Source: Candidatus Saccharimonadota bacterium (GTDB lineage: Bacteria; Patescibacteriota; Saccharimonadia; Saccharimonadales; Saccharimonadaceae). Taken from it: DNA of 32,000 bases. The notes below the pieces were generated by a model. It had not been told where the DNA came from. It did no database searches and worked only from the letters and a program-made list of their open reading frames with translations. Every line of letters starts with the position of its first letter. Within the stretch, counting starts at the first letter, position 1. Below are positions 31,707 through 32,000 of this stretch, piece by piece. The position numbers were made by a program, and so were the translations under genes. The stretch is taken from the NCBI GenBank assembly GCA_001897305.1, contig MKSO01000001.1, positions 240,001 through 272,000 of the forward strand. Reading direction: 5' to 3'.

Positions 31707-31979
31707 CTAGCTAACGCTTACTTGCGTACGCTGAACAGTTTTACCGGTGAAGCTGCCTTTTTTTACCTTGGCAAAGCTTACGACGCCATCTTGAGCGGCA
31801 TGAATAGTGTAGTTGCGGCTAATAAAAGTTCCAGGGCCAGCAACTTTAGTGCTACCGGTTTGGCGAACGAGAACTTCACCAGTACGAACCTTTTGGCCAC
31901 CAAAGCGCTTAACGCCAAGGCGGGCGCCAGCGTTGTTGTGGATGTTCTTACTTGAACCACCTGCTTTAACGTGTGACAT
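31707..31979 (-). CDS. rpmA: 50S ribosomal protein L27
   Basis: 90 aa. MSHVKAGGSSKN...ARLGVKRFGGQKV..GEVLVRQTGSTK is typical of L27. SD AAGGAG on the minus strand at the window edge. No N-terminal Prp-cleaved extension. Confidence 0.95.
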   Translation of the reverse strand: MSHVKAGGSSKNIHNNAGARLGVKRFGGQKVRTGEVLVRQTGSTKVAGPGTFISRNYTIHAAQDGVVSFAKVKKGSFTGKTVQRTQVSVS

Positions 31980-32000
31980 ACTTTATTATCTCCTTATGAG

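Noticed and set aside
1-32000. CRISPR arrays, tRNA/rRNA genes, transposases, integrases and prophage genes
   Set aside because: Intergenic regions are short (mostly under 120 nt). The only repeated intergenic sequence is the two-copy core element. I found no cloverleaf-like or repeat-spacer pattern and no recombinase-like ORF.

Overview
The window is a compact, almost entirely plus-strand block of housekeeping genes. By gene content and architecture it resembles a reduced-genome, Gram-positive-type bacterium, possibly Saccharibacteria/CPR-like; I cannot verify the taxon.

Gene order: rpsB-tsf, a minus-strand sensor/cyclase-like gene, frr-uppS-rseP, a CPBP protease, proS, greA, lysS, an FMN reductase, a DUF2207 protein, a MacB-type ABC pair, pgeF-like, serS, a second pgeF-like gene, hpf, secA, an M16 peptidase, murD, prfB, a Clp_N-only gene, ftsE-ftsX, a PcsB-like CHAP hydrolase, an S41 peptidase, an orphan response regulator, an unknown acidic protein, and rpmA on the minus strand. 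I found no rRNA, tRNA, CRISPR array, transposase or integrase.

Main candidates:
- Conserved-core hairpins: two intergenic elements (17187-17324 and 27351-27500) share a 56-nt core that is 53/56 identical. Each core sits at the tip of a long, perfectly paired stem (26 bp and 31 bp). The two stems are unrelated in sequence, but the spacer geometry is the same. This looks like an undescribed structured RNA, or an unusual palindrome-associated element.
- High-GC island: a segment at about 24740-25346 encodes a stand-alone Clp_N double-repeat protein, is driven by a near-consensus AT-rich promoter and ends in a hairpin with no U-tract. It looks horizontally acquired.
- Sensor/cyclase-like gene: a GAF-like/class III cyclase-like gene sits where pyrH usually lies between tsf and frr.
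- Leaderless-type starts: at least nine genes have a -10 hexamer 6-10 nt upstream of the ATG and no Shine-Dalgarno sequence.

All family assignments come from recognising motifs by eye in the supplied translations. No database search was run.
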